A DNA stretch of 38,206 nucleotides from Gemmatimonadaceae bacterium (GTDB lineage Bacteria > Gemmatimonadota > Gemmatimonadetes > Gemmatimonadales > Gemmatimonadaceae). Below are positions 1 to 12,408 of the stretch, piece after piece. The position numbers were made by a program, and so were the translations under genes. Every line of letters starts with the position of its first letter. Position 1 is the stretch's first letter. Below the pieces are notes generated by a model. It was given only the letters and a program-made list of their open reading frames with translations. It made no database searches and had not been told where the DNA came from. The stretch is from positions 1-38,206 of the forward strand of contig JANRJP010000121.1 of the NCBI GenBank assembly GCA_033763905.1. Reading direction: 5' to 3'.

Positions 1-2629
<2,629 letters not shown>

Positions 2630-2759
2630 GCATAACAGTCTCGCGACGCTTACGCGCGATCTACAGTGAATTTTGAAATCGGCTGATTTCAGTTCACGGT
2701 GTTGATTCCACAGTAGCGACTCGGGGGAGTCACTACCGTATGATCACTTCCACTTTCCG

Positions 2760-2796
2760 TTGTCAAACAGCAGCGATCGCCTCGAAAGGCAATCGC
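2760..2796 (-). promoter_or_regulatory. Spacer antitermination element: boxB-like hairpin followed by boxA-like TGCTGTTTGACAA
   Basis: On the minus strand a hairpin (2773-2796) is followed directly by TGCTGTTTGACAA, which resembles the rrn boxA consensus TGCTCTTTAACA. It lies upstream of 23S. Confidence 0.6.
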
Positions 2797-2888
2797 AACA
2801 AAAAAACGAGAGAGACGTGTAATGTGCGGGCGGGCGACTTCCGAGGACTTTCCGACAACCCCGAAGGGTGTCTTACTCGTCGCTCCGA

Positions 2889-4409
<1,521 letters not shown>

Positions 4410-4528
4410 GAGTTCTACTTGTGGCTCTAAGCGCAGCCGACCGAAGTCGTCACCGCGCCCGAATCTACTGTATTAGTCAGGTGAACTCTCACTGCCGGCC
4501 CCTGCTAGAACCGACAGCTCAAACGAGT

Positions 4529-4560
4529 CCGCCCGCACATCACGCGTCTCTCTCGATTTT
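4529..4560 (-). other. Leader arm of the 16S processing (RNase III) stem, pairing with spacer 2804-2833
   Basis: ccgcccgcacatcacgcgtctctctcgatttt (4529-4560) is the near-perfect reverse complement of aaacgagagagacgtgtaatgtgcgggcgg (2804-2833). The two arms bracket the 16S. Confidence 0.85.
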
Positions 4561-4569
4561 CAATCAGCG
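4557..4569 (-). promoter_or_regulatory. rrn leader boxA-like element
   Basis: Minus strand CGCTGATTGAAAA, preceded by a GAAA-capped hairpin (about 4588-4610) in boxB-boxA order. Confidence 0.45.
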
Positions 4570-4615
4570 TTGCTTCTCTTTCTTCAAGCGCCCTGCCTTT
4601 CGGCGGGAGCCCATA

Positions 4616-4644
4616 TACTTACTCAATTCTTAGCGGCTTCGCAA
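4616..4644 (-). promoter_or_regulatory. Possible proximal rrn promoter (P2)
   Basis: TTGCGA-N17-TAAGTA with an AT-rich, UP-like tract upstream. The -10 is imperfect. Confidence 0.4.
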
Positions 4645-4745
4645 GGGGTCTTCGAAACATTTTCGAAGATTTTTTTCGCGCCGCCCGTCAGCCTCACAAC
4701 CCAACCGCTCGGCCAACTTCCCGCCCTGTTCATCGGCGGGTCGCT

Positions 4746-4774
4746 ATTGTACCACCTACCCGTTCGGTACGCAA
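4746..4774 (-). promoter_or_regulatory. sigma70-type rrn promoter (P1)
   Basis: TTGCGT (4774-4769)-N17-TACAAT (4751-4746), followed by a GC-rich discriminator-like sequence. Confidence 0.75.
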
Positions 4775-4844
4775 GCCCCACCCGTTCGTATAGCGAAGCT
4801 CAACCGAACCCCGCTCCTCACTCCCCTGCGAACTTCCGCAGCGA

Positions 4845-4917
<73 letters not shown>

Positions 4918-4955
4918 TCTGTCTCCTGCATCCTGCCGTCCTGCAACCGCTCCAG

Positions 4956-5032
4956 TGGTGCGCCAGGAGGGAATCGAACCCCCGACCCGCAGCTTAGAAG
5001 GCTGCCGCTCTATCCAACTGAGCTACTGGCGC
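4956..5032 (-). tRNA. tRNA-Arg (UCU), CCA encoded
   Basis: GCGCCAGTAGCTCAGTTGGATAGAGCGGCAGCCTTCTAAGCTGCGGGTCGGGGGTTCGATTCCCTCCTGGCGCACCA, anticodon TCT. Confidence 0.97.
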
Positions 5033-5091
5033 TTCGTACGTTGCAGTGTCTCCCCGCGACCACGTCTCGCGGGGCTGACCTTGCCTCAAGG

Positions 5092-5165
5092 TCGGGGCGG
5101 CCGGATTCGAACCGGCGACCTCCTGCTCCCAAAGCAGGCGCGATACCAGGCTACGCTACGCCCCG
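5092..5165 (-). tRNA. tRNA-Pro (UGG), followed by CCT rather than CCA
   Basis: CGGGGCGTAGCGTAGCCTGGTATCGCGCCTGCTTTGGGAGCAGGAGGTCGCCGGTTCGAATCCGGCCGCCCCGA, anticodon TGG. Confidence 0.97.
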
Positions 5166-5175
5166 CGAGCCTCCA

Positions 5176-5203
5176 AGGATATCCGATTTTTCGGTGAAGT
5201 CAA
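5176..5203 (-). promoter_or_regulatory. sigma70-type promoter of the tRNA cluster
   Basis: TTGACT (5203-5198)-N16-TATCCT (5181-5176), 10 nt upstream of tRNA-Pro. Confidence 0.7.
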
Positions 5204-5245
5204 CGGGTCACGGTCGCGTCACACCAAGCCCTGACACCCGTCGCC

Positions 5246-5911
5246 CTATCGACGATCCGACAACCGGCCAAGCAACGCCGCCACCGCGCGGCCGCGATGG
5301 CTGACGCGACTCTTCTCCGCCGCGCTCGCCTCGCCGAACGTCTTGCCCAAGTCATCGCTCACGAAGTGCGGGTCGTACCCGAATCCCCCCGTGCCACGCG
5401 GCGTGTCGATCAACGTCCCCGTCGTCTCGCCACGCACCGTGAACGCGCCGGCAGCATCCACCCACGCCATCACGCACACATAGCCGCCGCGCCGCGTGGC
5501 GGCGGTGCGCAACGCGGCGACCAGCGCGGCGTTGTTGGCGGCATCGAGGGCCGCGCCGTGCAAGTCGCGCCGTCCCGCGAAGAACTTGCTCTGCACGCCG
5601 GGCCGACCCCCCAACGCATCCAAGGCCAAGCCCGAGTCGTCGGCCAGCACCGGCAACCCACCAGCGCGCGCAAAGAACCAGTGCGCCTTGGCCAGCGCGT
5701 TCGCCTCGAACGTGTCGAAGGCCTCGATGCCGACCTCCGCGGGATCCTCCGCCACGCCGACGTCGTCCAGCGTGAGCGCCGTCCACCCGGCGGTCGCCAG
5801 CATCGGCCCCAGCTCCCGCAATTTGCCCGCACTGCGTGTGGCCAGCACCACCCGCCGCGTCGCGTCTGCGGCTGCGCCGGCGGCCCGCGTCGACGCCGCC
5901 AGTTCAGCCAC
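5246..5911 (-). CDS. rdgB: Non-canonical purine NTP pyrophosphatase (RdgB/HAM1 family)
   Basis: Motifs [31 protein letters not shown] and SHRGRA. The GTG start at 5911 overlaps the rph stop, and rph-rdgB adjacency is conserved. Confidence 0.93.
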   Translation of the reverse strand: MAELAASTRAAGAAADATRRVVLATRSAGKLRELGPMLATAGWTALTLDDVGVAEDPAEVGIEAFDTFEANALAKAHWFFARAGGLPVLADDSGLALDALGGRPGVQSKFFAGRRDLHGAALDAANNAALVAALRTAATRRGGYVCVMAWVDAAGAFTVRGETTGTLIDTPRGTGGFGYDPHFVSDDLGKTFGEASAAEKSRVSHRGRAVAALLGRLSDRR

Positions 5912-6632
5912 CAGCCAGCGCCGCGACCTGCGCCGCGTCGAGCGCGTCGAGTCCGCGTTCGGCCACCGTGAGCAGGCGATCGAGCTGCGCCCGATCAAAC
6001 AACCCGTGCTCGCCTGTCCCCTGCACTTCCACGAAGGCGCCCCCACTGGCGCGCACGACGTTCATATCGACCTCGGCCCGCACATCCTCGGCGTACTCGA
6101 GATCCAGACGCACCTCGCCGCCGACCACGCCCACGGAGACCGCCGCCACCTGACGCCGCACCGGCGAGGCGGCGAGATGCCCCTGCGCCACCATCCACCG
6201 AAACGCATCGGTGACCGCAACACTGGCGCCCGTGATCGCCGCCGTGCGCGTGCCGCCATCCGCTTGCAGCACATCGCAGTCGACCTTGAGCGTCCACTCG
6301 CCGAAGGCGAAGTCGTCGAGCATCGCGCGCACGCTGCGACCGATCAGGCGCTGAATCTCCTGCGTGCGACCGCCGATCTCGCGCCGCTCACGCTGCGTGC
6401 GCGTGTGCGTGGCGCGCGGCAGCATCGCGTACTCGGCGGTGATCCACCCTTCCCCGCGGCCTTTCTTCCACCCCGGCACGCCGTGCTCGACACTGACCGT
6501 GCAGAGCACGCGTGTCTGGCCGAAGGACACGAGGCACGACCCCTCGGCGTATGGTGACACACCGCGCTCGAGGACGACGGTGCGCATCGCGTCGAGCGGA
6601 CGATCACGAGGAGGGACGGTCTCAGCGGCCAT
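5904..6632 (-). CDS. rph: Ribonuclease PH
   Basis: [62 protein letters not shown]. Confidence 0.98.
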   Translation of the reverse strand: MAAETVPPRDRPLDAMRTVVLERGVSPYAEGSCLVSFGQTRVLCTVSVEHGVPGWKKGRGEGWITAEYAMLPRATHTRTQRERREIGGRTQEIQRLIGRSVRAMLDDFAFGEWTLKVDCDVLQADGGTRTAAITGASVAVTDAFRWMVAQGHLAASPVRRQVAAVSVGVVGGEVRLDLEYAEDVRAEVDMNVVRASGGAFVEVQGTGEHGLFDRAQLDRLLTVAERGLDALDAAQVAALAGG

Positions 6633-7107
6633 TGGTAAGTTTCTGCACGATGGAGGTGGTGGACTGGCCTTCGACCAGCGGAATGATCACGACGCGACCG
6701 CCACGGGCCTGCACGGTATCGGCGCCAACGACGGTGTCGGGGCGATAGTCGCCCCCCTTCACAATCACATCCGGCTCGAGCGCGGCGACGAGACGCGCCG
6801 GCGTGTCCTCGTCGAAGACCACGACCGCATCCACACTCTCGAGTCCGCCGAGCACATACGCGCGGTCGGCCTCCGGGCGAATCGGGCGCTCAGGGCCTTT
6901 GCCGAGCCGCCGGACGCTTGCGTCGGAATTCACGCCCACCAGCAACGCGTCGCCTTCGGCGCGCGCCAGCCGCAGCACATCGACGTGTCCCGGATGCAGC
7001 AGGTCGAACACACCATTGGTGAAGACGACACGGCCGGGCTGCGCGCGACGCCACGCGACGGCGTCGGCGAGCGACATCACCTTGTCGGCGGGCGCGCGGC
7101 CTACCAC
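6622..7107 (-). CDS. rfaE2: Stand-alone D-glycero-beta-D-manno-heptose 1-phosphate adenylyltransferase (HldE C-terminal domain)
   Basis: [48 protein letters not shown]. Confidence 0.93.
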   Translation of the reverse strand: MVGRAPADKVMSLADAVAWRRAQPGRVVFTNGVFDLLHPGHVDVLRLARAEGDALLVGVNSDASVRRLGKGPERPIRPEADRAYVLGGLESVDAVVVFDEDTPARLVAALEPDVIVKGGDYRPDTVVGADTVQARGGRVVIIPLVEGQSTTSIVQKLTNGR

Positions 7108-7598
7108 TGCGACTGTGCCCCTTCGATCACGTCGGCCACGATGCGATCGATGGCCTGCTTTCGGCCGGCCGCCTCCTGGCGTTCGGAGTATTCGCCCTCG
7201 GCACTCAGTCCCTTCTTTTCCCAGAGCACGCGGCCGCTGACCTGATCGAAAATCTCGACATCGAGCACGATCTGCATCCGTCGACGCACCGAGCTCGATC
7301 GCGCCGCGTCGGCCGAAAACGCGACCGGCACGTCGGGCTCGAACCGCACGATCGTCCCGCGCACGACCGCATCGGCGCGGTCTTCTGCGGCGTCACGCAA
7401 CCCAAGGCGTTGCTCGAGGCCGATGCGCAACGCGTCGTTGATCTCGCGTTGCAACTCGGGCAGTGGCGTCTGGTTCTCGAAGGGGATCACCGCCACCGTG
7501 CGCACGTGCCGCGGCAGGCCGCCGCCGGCGAATCCGTAGGCGCAACCCGCCACGAGCACGCCCAGCACGGCGGTGAGCACCGGGAGGATGCGTCGCAC
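7101..7598 (-). CDS. lptE: LPS-assembly lipoprotein LptE-like
   Basis: GTG at 7598 gives the lipoprotein signal [19 protein letters not shown], followed by C.YGF...LP.HVRTVAV.PFENQT and ADAVVRGTI, typical of non-proteobacterial LptE. Confidence 0.75.
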   Translation of the reverse strand: MRRILPVLTAVLGVLVAGCAYGFAGGGLPRHVRTVAVIPFENQTPLPELQREINDALRIGLEQRLGLRDAAEDRADAVVRGTIVRFEPDVPVAFSADAARSSSVRRRMQIVLDVEIFDQVSGRVLWEKKGLSAEGEYSERQEAAGRKQAIDRIVADVIEGAQSQW

Positions 7599-7602
7599 CG
7601 CG

Positions 7603-8259
7603 TCAGCGCGGCCAGATGGCAGGATCGAACGGAGCAACGGTCGCACGGCGTGAGATGGTGAGATCGAGCGAACGACGAGACGAGAACTGCCGATAGGTCA
7701 CCGCGCCGGCGCGTCGCTCCATCCGTTCGAGCACGCGGCCGTCCGCGATACGCTCGAGCACGACGAGGGAGTCGCGCACGAACGCTGCGCGAAAGCTACC
7801 ACCGGCACCGGTGATCTCGGTGCGCACGGTGTCGCCGGCCACACGAACGGTGGTGTCGCCGGGTGGCACGGCGAGACGGCCGAGCGCGCCCCAGAACAGC
7901 GCCGCGGGCGGAATGATCCGGTCGGCCATCGGCAGGCCGGTCGTGATGGTGTTGCCAATCACGAACGCGGCCCCACTCCCGAACCCGCCCTCGAGAAACA
8001 GATCCAGCCGCGCCGAATCCGGCGGCGCCAGCCGGGCCGCTCCGTCGCCGCGCAGTCCGAGTTGTTCCTCCTTGAACTCCCAGCGGAACTGAATGAGCGT
8101 CGGGTCCCGGAGTTTGGCCGAGGGCGGCACCGCGGTCACCGGCGCGACCGTGCCGCTGAGTGGCGCGGCCGCCGGGCTGCAGGCGACAACGGCGGCGAAC
8201 GCCGCCATCGCGAGGGCGCGGACGGACAGGGCTCCGCGGCGACTGGTCGGTCGCCGCAC
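7603..8259 (-). CDS. Hypothetical lipoprotein, beta-rich (possible LolA/LolB-like fold)
   Basis: Coherent ORF between the cyclophilin gene and lptE, with lipobox VVA-C and an ARLDLFLEGGFG segment. The start (GTG 8259 or a downstream ATG) is uncertain. Confidence 0.7.
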   Translation of the reverse strand: MRRPTSRRGALSVRALAMAAFAAVVACSPAAAPLSGTVAPVTAVPPSAKLRDPTLIQFRWEFKEEQLGLRGDGAARLAPPDSARLDLFLEGGFGSGAAFVIGNTITTGLPMADRIIPPAALFWGALGRLAVPPGDTTVRVAGDTVRTEITGAGGSFRAAFVRDSLVVLERIADGRVLERMERRAGAVTYRQFSSRRSLDLTISRRATVAPFDPAIWPR

Positions 8260-8260
8260 G

Positions 8261-10405
8261 TCAGCGCACCGTGAGGCGCACGATCCGGTCGTGCTGTCGA
8301 ATGGCGTCGAGCACCGCGACGCCGGCCACAAGGCGTCCGAAGACGGTGTAGCCGCCGTCGAGGTGCGGTTGCCACGCGAGCGCGAGGAACCACTGACTGC
8401 CACCGGTGTCGGGCCCCGAGAGGGCCATCCCCAGGGTGCCGGGCTCGTACGGGGTCGGATTGAGTTCGTCACGGATGGCATACCCCGGCCCGCCGCTACC
8501 GGTGCCGGTCGGATCGCCACCCTGCACGACGAATCCGGGCACCACGCGATGGAACACGATGCCGTCGAAGTATCGCTGCCGTCCGAGCCGCAGCAGGTTG
8601 TCGACGGTCAGCGGCGCGGTGGCCCCGTCGAGCGCCAGCCGCATCGTGCCGCGCGTTGTGCGCAGGTCCACGGTGGGCCGACGACCACGCAGCGACGGCT
8701 CGATGATCGTGCGCACCACGGTGTCGTACCACGCGATCGGTCGGTCCACGGGCAGGGCGGCTTGCACGGGCCACGCCGGACGCAACCCGCGGAAGAGCGG
8801 CAGCAAGCGTCGCGCTTCGGCGGCGTCATCGGGCGGCGCGAGCGCGGTGACGGCCTCAGTCCACTCGGGGCGCCACATCGGGGGGGCGCCGGAGTCCACG
8901 GGCATCGCGTTGAAGCGTGCGTGTGCTGCGCCGAGGAACCGGGCAATGCTCACGCGCGCGTCTTCGTCCACGGTGTCGGCCCGCGCACGCGCCCAGGCCG
9001 CAAGGGCGCGCGGCACATCGAGCGCATCAGGGGCGCCGGAGGCAAGCACGCCCCACGCCGAGGCCCGTACGAGGGGCGACGCATCGTCGGTCAGTACCCG
9101 CAGTCGCTCGGGGACGCCCCGCACGAGCATCGGCGGCGGCGCGGCAGCGGTCATCCCCTCGATCGCGGCCCGACGCACGCGAGGATCGGCGTCGACCATC
9201 ACGGTGTCGAACACCGAGGCATCGCCGCCGGTCGCGCGCACGCGCGCGGGAAGCACGCTCCGGGCAAACAGCGCACGGCGCGCCCAGTCGGCGGCCGCCC
9301 CCCACTGCTGGGCCTCGAGGGGAATCGCCGCCGGTGCGGTGGCGGCCGCCGTGGCGAGCACCACCTCGCGCACGTGCAGGGCGGTATCTGCCGCAAAGGC
9401 GAGGCGCACGGCGGCGGTGTCGCCGCGCTTGGCCTGGAGCAGCGCGGCGGCGGCGGTCTGACGCACGAGCGCGTGCGGATCGCGCAGCGCGCGCTCGATC
9501 GCGGTCGCGGCGGACGGGCCATAGGTCGCGAGCGATTGCAGGGCCTCGCCCCGCACGATCGGGTCGGCGTGCCGCGCGAGTCGTTCGAGCGTCACGCGCG
9601 CGGAGTCCGCGAGCGAGTCGCCCGCTGCGCTGCGCGCGATCCCGCGTGCAACGAGCGACAACACGCTCGGGGGCGACGGGAACACGGCGCGCGCGACCAG
9701 CGCCCGCGCGGTGCCCGGCTTGCGCAAGCGCGCACCGGCGTACACCGCCGCGCGCGCAATCGTGGTGTCGGGCGACAGCACCAGCGTCGTCGGAATGGTG
9801 GGCACATCGCGCAGCAATCCGGCGACGATCAGCGCAGGCACCAGTGCCGGTCCGGCCTTGTCCGGGCTGGCCAGCAGCTGCCGCACCACGCGCGAGGCCC
9901 GGAGCGGCGCCGCCGCGAGCGCGCGCACGGCCGCGGCACTCGCCGGCGTCGCCGAGAGTGCCGTGCGTTCGAGGAGCGCCCACGTCGGATCGGCGAGCCG
10001 ACGCCGACCCGCAGCGCCGAGCGCGAAACACGCGTCGGATGCGAGCGGTCCGGTCCCGTCCCCGACCAAGGCGACCAACTGCGCCTCGCCGGTGGAATCC
10101 GGGAGCTGGCCCAGCGTGCGCACCGCGTACTGCCGCAATGCCAGCGGCGCGTCCGGATTCAACGACCGGGCCACCACCACCGAGTCGAACTCACGGCGAT
10201 CCGCCATCCGCAGCACTTGGGCCCACGTCGTGCGCCACGCCGCTGGGTCGGACGCAGGGACCGGCCGCACCCGACCGCTCCGCGACGGCTGCGCCTGCGC
10301 GTCGACGATGGCCGCGCCGACCGTCAATACGCTGAGCGCCGCCGCGCACGCGGCACGTGCGACGCGCCGCATCGCCCGGGACGGGCGACCGCCGGCGCGG
10401 CTCAC
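8261..10405 (-). CDS. Exported HEAT/PBS-repeat protein with C-terminal cyclophilin-type peptidyl-prolyl isomerase
   Basis: Signal peptide (…IVDAQA-Q), HEAT-like repeats (DPIVRGEALQSL, DPHALVRQTAA, DPRVRRAAIEG, SPLVRASAWG), and cyclophilin motifs FHRVVPGFVVQGGDP, GMALSGPDTGGSQWF, PHLDGGYTVFG. The GTGA start overlaps the thioesterase stop; ATG 10372 is an alternative start. Confidence 0.9.
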   Translation of the reverse strand: MSRAGGRPSRAMRRVARAACAAALSVLTVGAAIVDAQAQPSRSGRVRPVPASDPAAWRTTWAQVLRMADRREFDSVVVARSLNPDAPLALRQYAVRTLGQLPDSTGEAQLVALVGDGTGPLASDACFALGAAGRRRLADPTWALLERTALSATPASAAAVRALAAAPLRASRVVRQLLASPDKAGPALVPALIVAGLLRDVPTIPTTLVLSPDTTIARAAVYAGARLRKPGTARALVARAVFPSPPSVLSLVARGIARSAAGDSLADSARVTLERLARHADPIVRGEALQSLATYGPSAATAIERALRDPHALVRQTAAAALLQAKRGDTAAVRLAFAADTALHVREVVLATAAATAPAAIPLEAQQWGAAADWARRALFARSVLPARVRATGGDASVFDTVMVDADPRVRRAAIEGMTAAAPPPMLVRGVPERLRVLTDDASPLVRASAWGVLASGAPDALDVPRALAAWARARADTVDEDARVSIARFLGAAHARFNAMPVDSGAPPMWRPEWTEAVTALAPPDDAAEARRLLPLFRGLRPAWPVQAALPVDRPIAWYDTVVRTIIEPSLRGRRPTVDLRTTRGTMRLALDGATAPLTVDNLLRLGRQRYFDGIVFHRVVPGFVVQGGDPTGTGSGGPGYAIRDELNPTPYEPGTLGMALSGPDTGGSQWFLALAWQPHLDGGYTVFGRLVAGVAVLDAIRQHDRIVRLTVR

Positions 10406-10815
10406 GACAGCACCTCGGCGGCGAGCCGTTCGCGCAGCTCGGGCCAGAGCGCGGTCAGCCGACCGTTGGCGTCGAGCGATACCAGCTGCGTCGACGCGGT
10501 CACGAGCGCCACGCCGGTGGCCGCGTTGGAGATCTCGTAGCCGAAGTGCAGCGCGCGGGAGCGGACGCCCGTCAGTCGCGTGCGCACGAGGATCTCGTCG
10601 TCGTAGCGCGCCGATGCAAGAAATCGCAGCGCGGCATCCGCGACGGCCAGCTTGAGCCCACGCGCTTCCATTTGCGCGTACGTGAGGCCGAACCGGCGGA
10701 TGTAGTCGGTGCGACCGACCTCGCACCAGATCAGGTAGTTCGCGTGGTAGACGACCCCCATCTGGTCGGTCTCGGCGTATCGGACGCGAAGGCGGGTTTC
10801 TTCGATATGCGGCAC
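10402..10815 (-). CDS. Acyl-CoA thioesterase, YbgC/FadM hot-dog family
   Basis: RVRYAETDQMGVVYHANYL.WCEVGR and ARYDD motifs. Confidence 0.93.
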   Translation of the reverse strand: MPHIEETRLRVRYAETDQMGVVYHANYLIWCEVGRTDYIRRFGLTYAQMEARGLKLAVADAALRFLASARYDDEILVRTRLTGVRSRALHFGYEISNAATGVALVTASTQLVSLDANGRLTALWPELRERLAAEVLS

Positions 10816-10875
10816 GGGTCAAATCAAGCGAATCGACGCTGGCCGCGACACGGGGGGGCCGCTACCCTTCCCCCC

Positions 10876-11655
10876 GTGCTGCCGACTCCGTGTTTCGTCT
10901 TCAGCGACGCCCACTTAGGTGCGGTGCCCGATGCCGTCGAGGCCTCGGTGCTGTCGTTCCTGCGGCGCGCCAAGCGGCAGGCCAAGTCGCTGATCATCAA
11001 CGGCGACCTCTTCGACTTCTGGTTCGAGTGGCGCCACGTGATGCCACGCAAGGGTTTCCGGGTCATTGCGGCGCTTGCCGACCTGCGCGAGGCGGGCGTT
11101 GCCCTGCGCTGGCACGCCGGTAACCACGATGGTTGGGGGGGCGAGCTGCTACGCCGCGACATCGGGCTCGATTACTCCAACGGCCCGTTCCGCGGCGCGA
11201 TCGGTGGCTGGCGCGCGCTGGTGCACCACGGCGACGGCCTGCGCGGGGACGCGGACAAGTCGTATCGTCGATGGGCGCGAGTGCTCCGGCACCCTTGGTC
11301 GATCGCGGCCTACCGGTGGATTCATCCCGACGTCGGGACCGCGCTCGCGCTCGGCACCTCGGCGACGAGCCGCGCCCACAATGATCACGACGAAGGCGCG
11401 GGACTTCGCGACGTGGCGTTCGCGATGATGGGCCGTGCCAACGGGCCGTCGCTCGTGATCTTCGGCCATTCGCATTCGCGGGCCCTGTTGCCATCGCCGA
11501 GCGGCGGCGTGTACGGGAATCCGGGGGCGTGGTTCGACGATCCGGTGTACCTGCGCATCGACGACGACCGCGTGTCGCTCGTGCGCCACCAGGGCTCAGC
11601 CGAGGGTGATGTGCTCGACGTGCGGGACCTGCCCGCCGAGGAATCGGGCCGCTAG
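10876..11655 (+). CDS. UDP-2,3-diacylglucosamine diphosphatase-like metallophosphoesterase (LpxH-like)
   Basis: Calcineurin-like motifs SDAHL, GDLFDFWFE, GNHD, HGD, GHSH and N.G.W. GTG start at 10876. Confidence 0.8.
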   Translation: MLPTPCFVFSDAHLGAVPDAVEASVLSFLRRAKRQAKSLIINGDLFDFWFEWRHVMPRKGFRVIAALADLREAGVALRWHAGNHDGWGGELLRRDIGLDYSNGPFRGAIGGWRALVHHGDGLRGDADKSYRRWARVLRHPWSIAAYRWIHPDVGTALALGTSATSRAHNDHDEGAGLRDVAFAMMGRANGPSLVIFGHSHSRALLPSPSGGVYGNPGAWFDDPVYLRIDDDRVSLVRHQGSAEGDVLDVRDLPAEESGR

Positions 11656-12408
11656 CACGGCGAAGCTCTCGGGCGCATCGGTCGCGGCAAGCCGCAGCGA
11701 CCCGTGGGGCCCGGTCAGGGGCGCGGCGGCCCCAGTGGTGTGCAGCACGTGCTCGACTTCGCGCGCCGTCTCGGCCGCACTGTCGATGAGCGTGGTGCCC
11801 GGCGGCATCACCCGCGACAGAACGGGCGCGAGCAACGGATAGTGCGTGCAGCCCAGCACGAGGGTATCGACGCCGTCGGCCATCAGCGGTGCGAGATACT
11901 CCCGAGCGACGGCTTCGGTGACCGGATGTTCGAGCCAGCCTTCCTCGACCAGCGGCACGAAGAGCGGACAGGGCTGCTCCACTACGGTCGTTCCTCGGTC
12001 GCCGTCGACCTGCGCCGCAATGGCGCGGCGGTAGGCCCCGGAGCGAATGGTGCCCGCCGTGCCGATCACGCCGATATGCCCGCGCGAGACCTGCGCCGCC
12101 GCGCGGGCGCCGGGCTCGATCACGCCGATCACCGGCACGGGCATCGATGCGCGCAACTGCGGCAGTGCGTGTGCGGTCGCGGTATTGCACGCCACCACGA
12201 TCAGCTTGACGTGTTGGGCGAGCAGCCACCGGGCGATCTCGTCCGCGTACCGTCGCACCGTCTCGGGGCTCTTTGGCCCGTACGGCACACGCGCGGTGTC
12301 TCCGAGGTACACGATGGATTCGTGCGGCAGGCGGTCGCGCAGGGCGTGGACCACGGTGAGACCACCGAGGCCGGAGTCGAAGACGCCAATGGGCGCCGAT
12401 GCGCTCAT
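11596..12408 (-). CDS. murI: Glutamate racemase
   Basis: PIGVFDSGLGGLTV, GDTARVPYG, VACNTA and LGCTHYP, with both catalytic Cys present. Confidence 0.98.
   Translation of the reverse strand: MSASAPIGVFDSGLGGLTVVHALRDRLPHESIVYLGDTARVPYGPKSPETVRRYADEIARWLLAQHVKLIVVACNTATAHALPQLRASMPVPVIGVIEPGARAAAQVSRGHIGVIGTAGTIRSGAYRRAIAAQVDGDRGTTVVEQPCPLFVPLVEEGWLEHPVTEAVAREYLAPLMADGVDTLVLGCTHYPLLAPVLSRVMPPGTTLIDSAAETAREVEHVLHTTGAAAPLTGPHGSLRLAATDAPESFAVLAARFLGGQVPHVEHITLG

Noticed and set aside
5560..5845. RdgB motif deviations (ATRSAGK for ATxNxGK; SKFF for SARY/F)
   Set aside because: The catalytic DDSGL, FGYDP and SHR motifs are intact, so this is probably ordinary lineage divergence.
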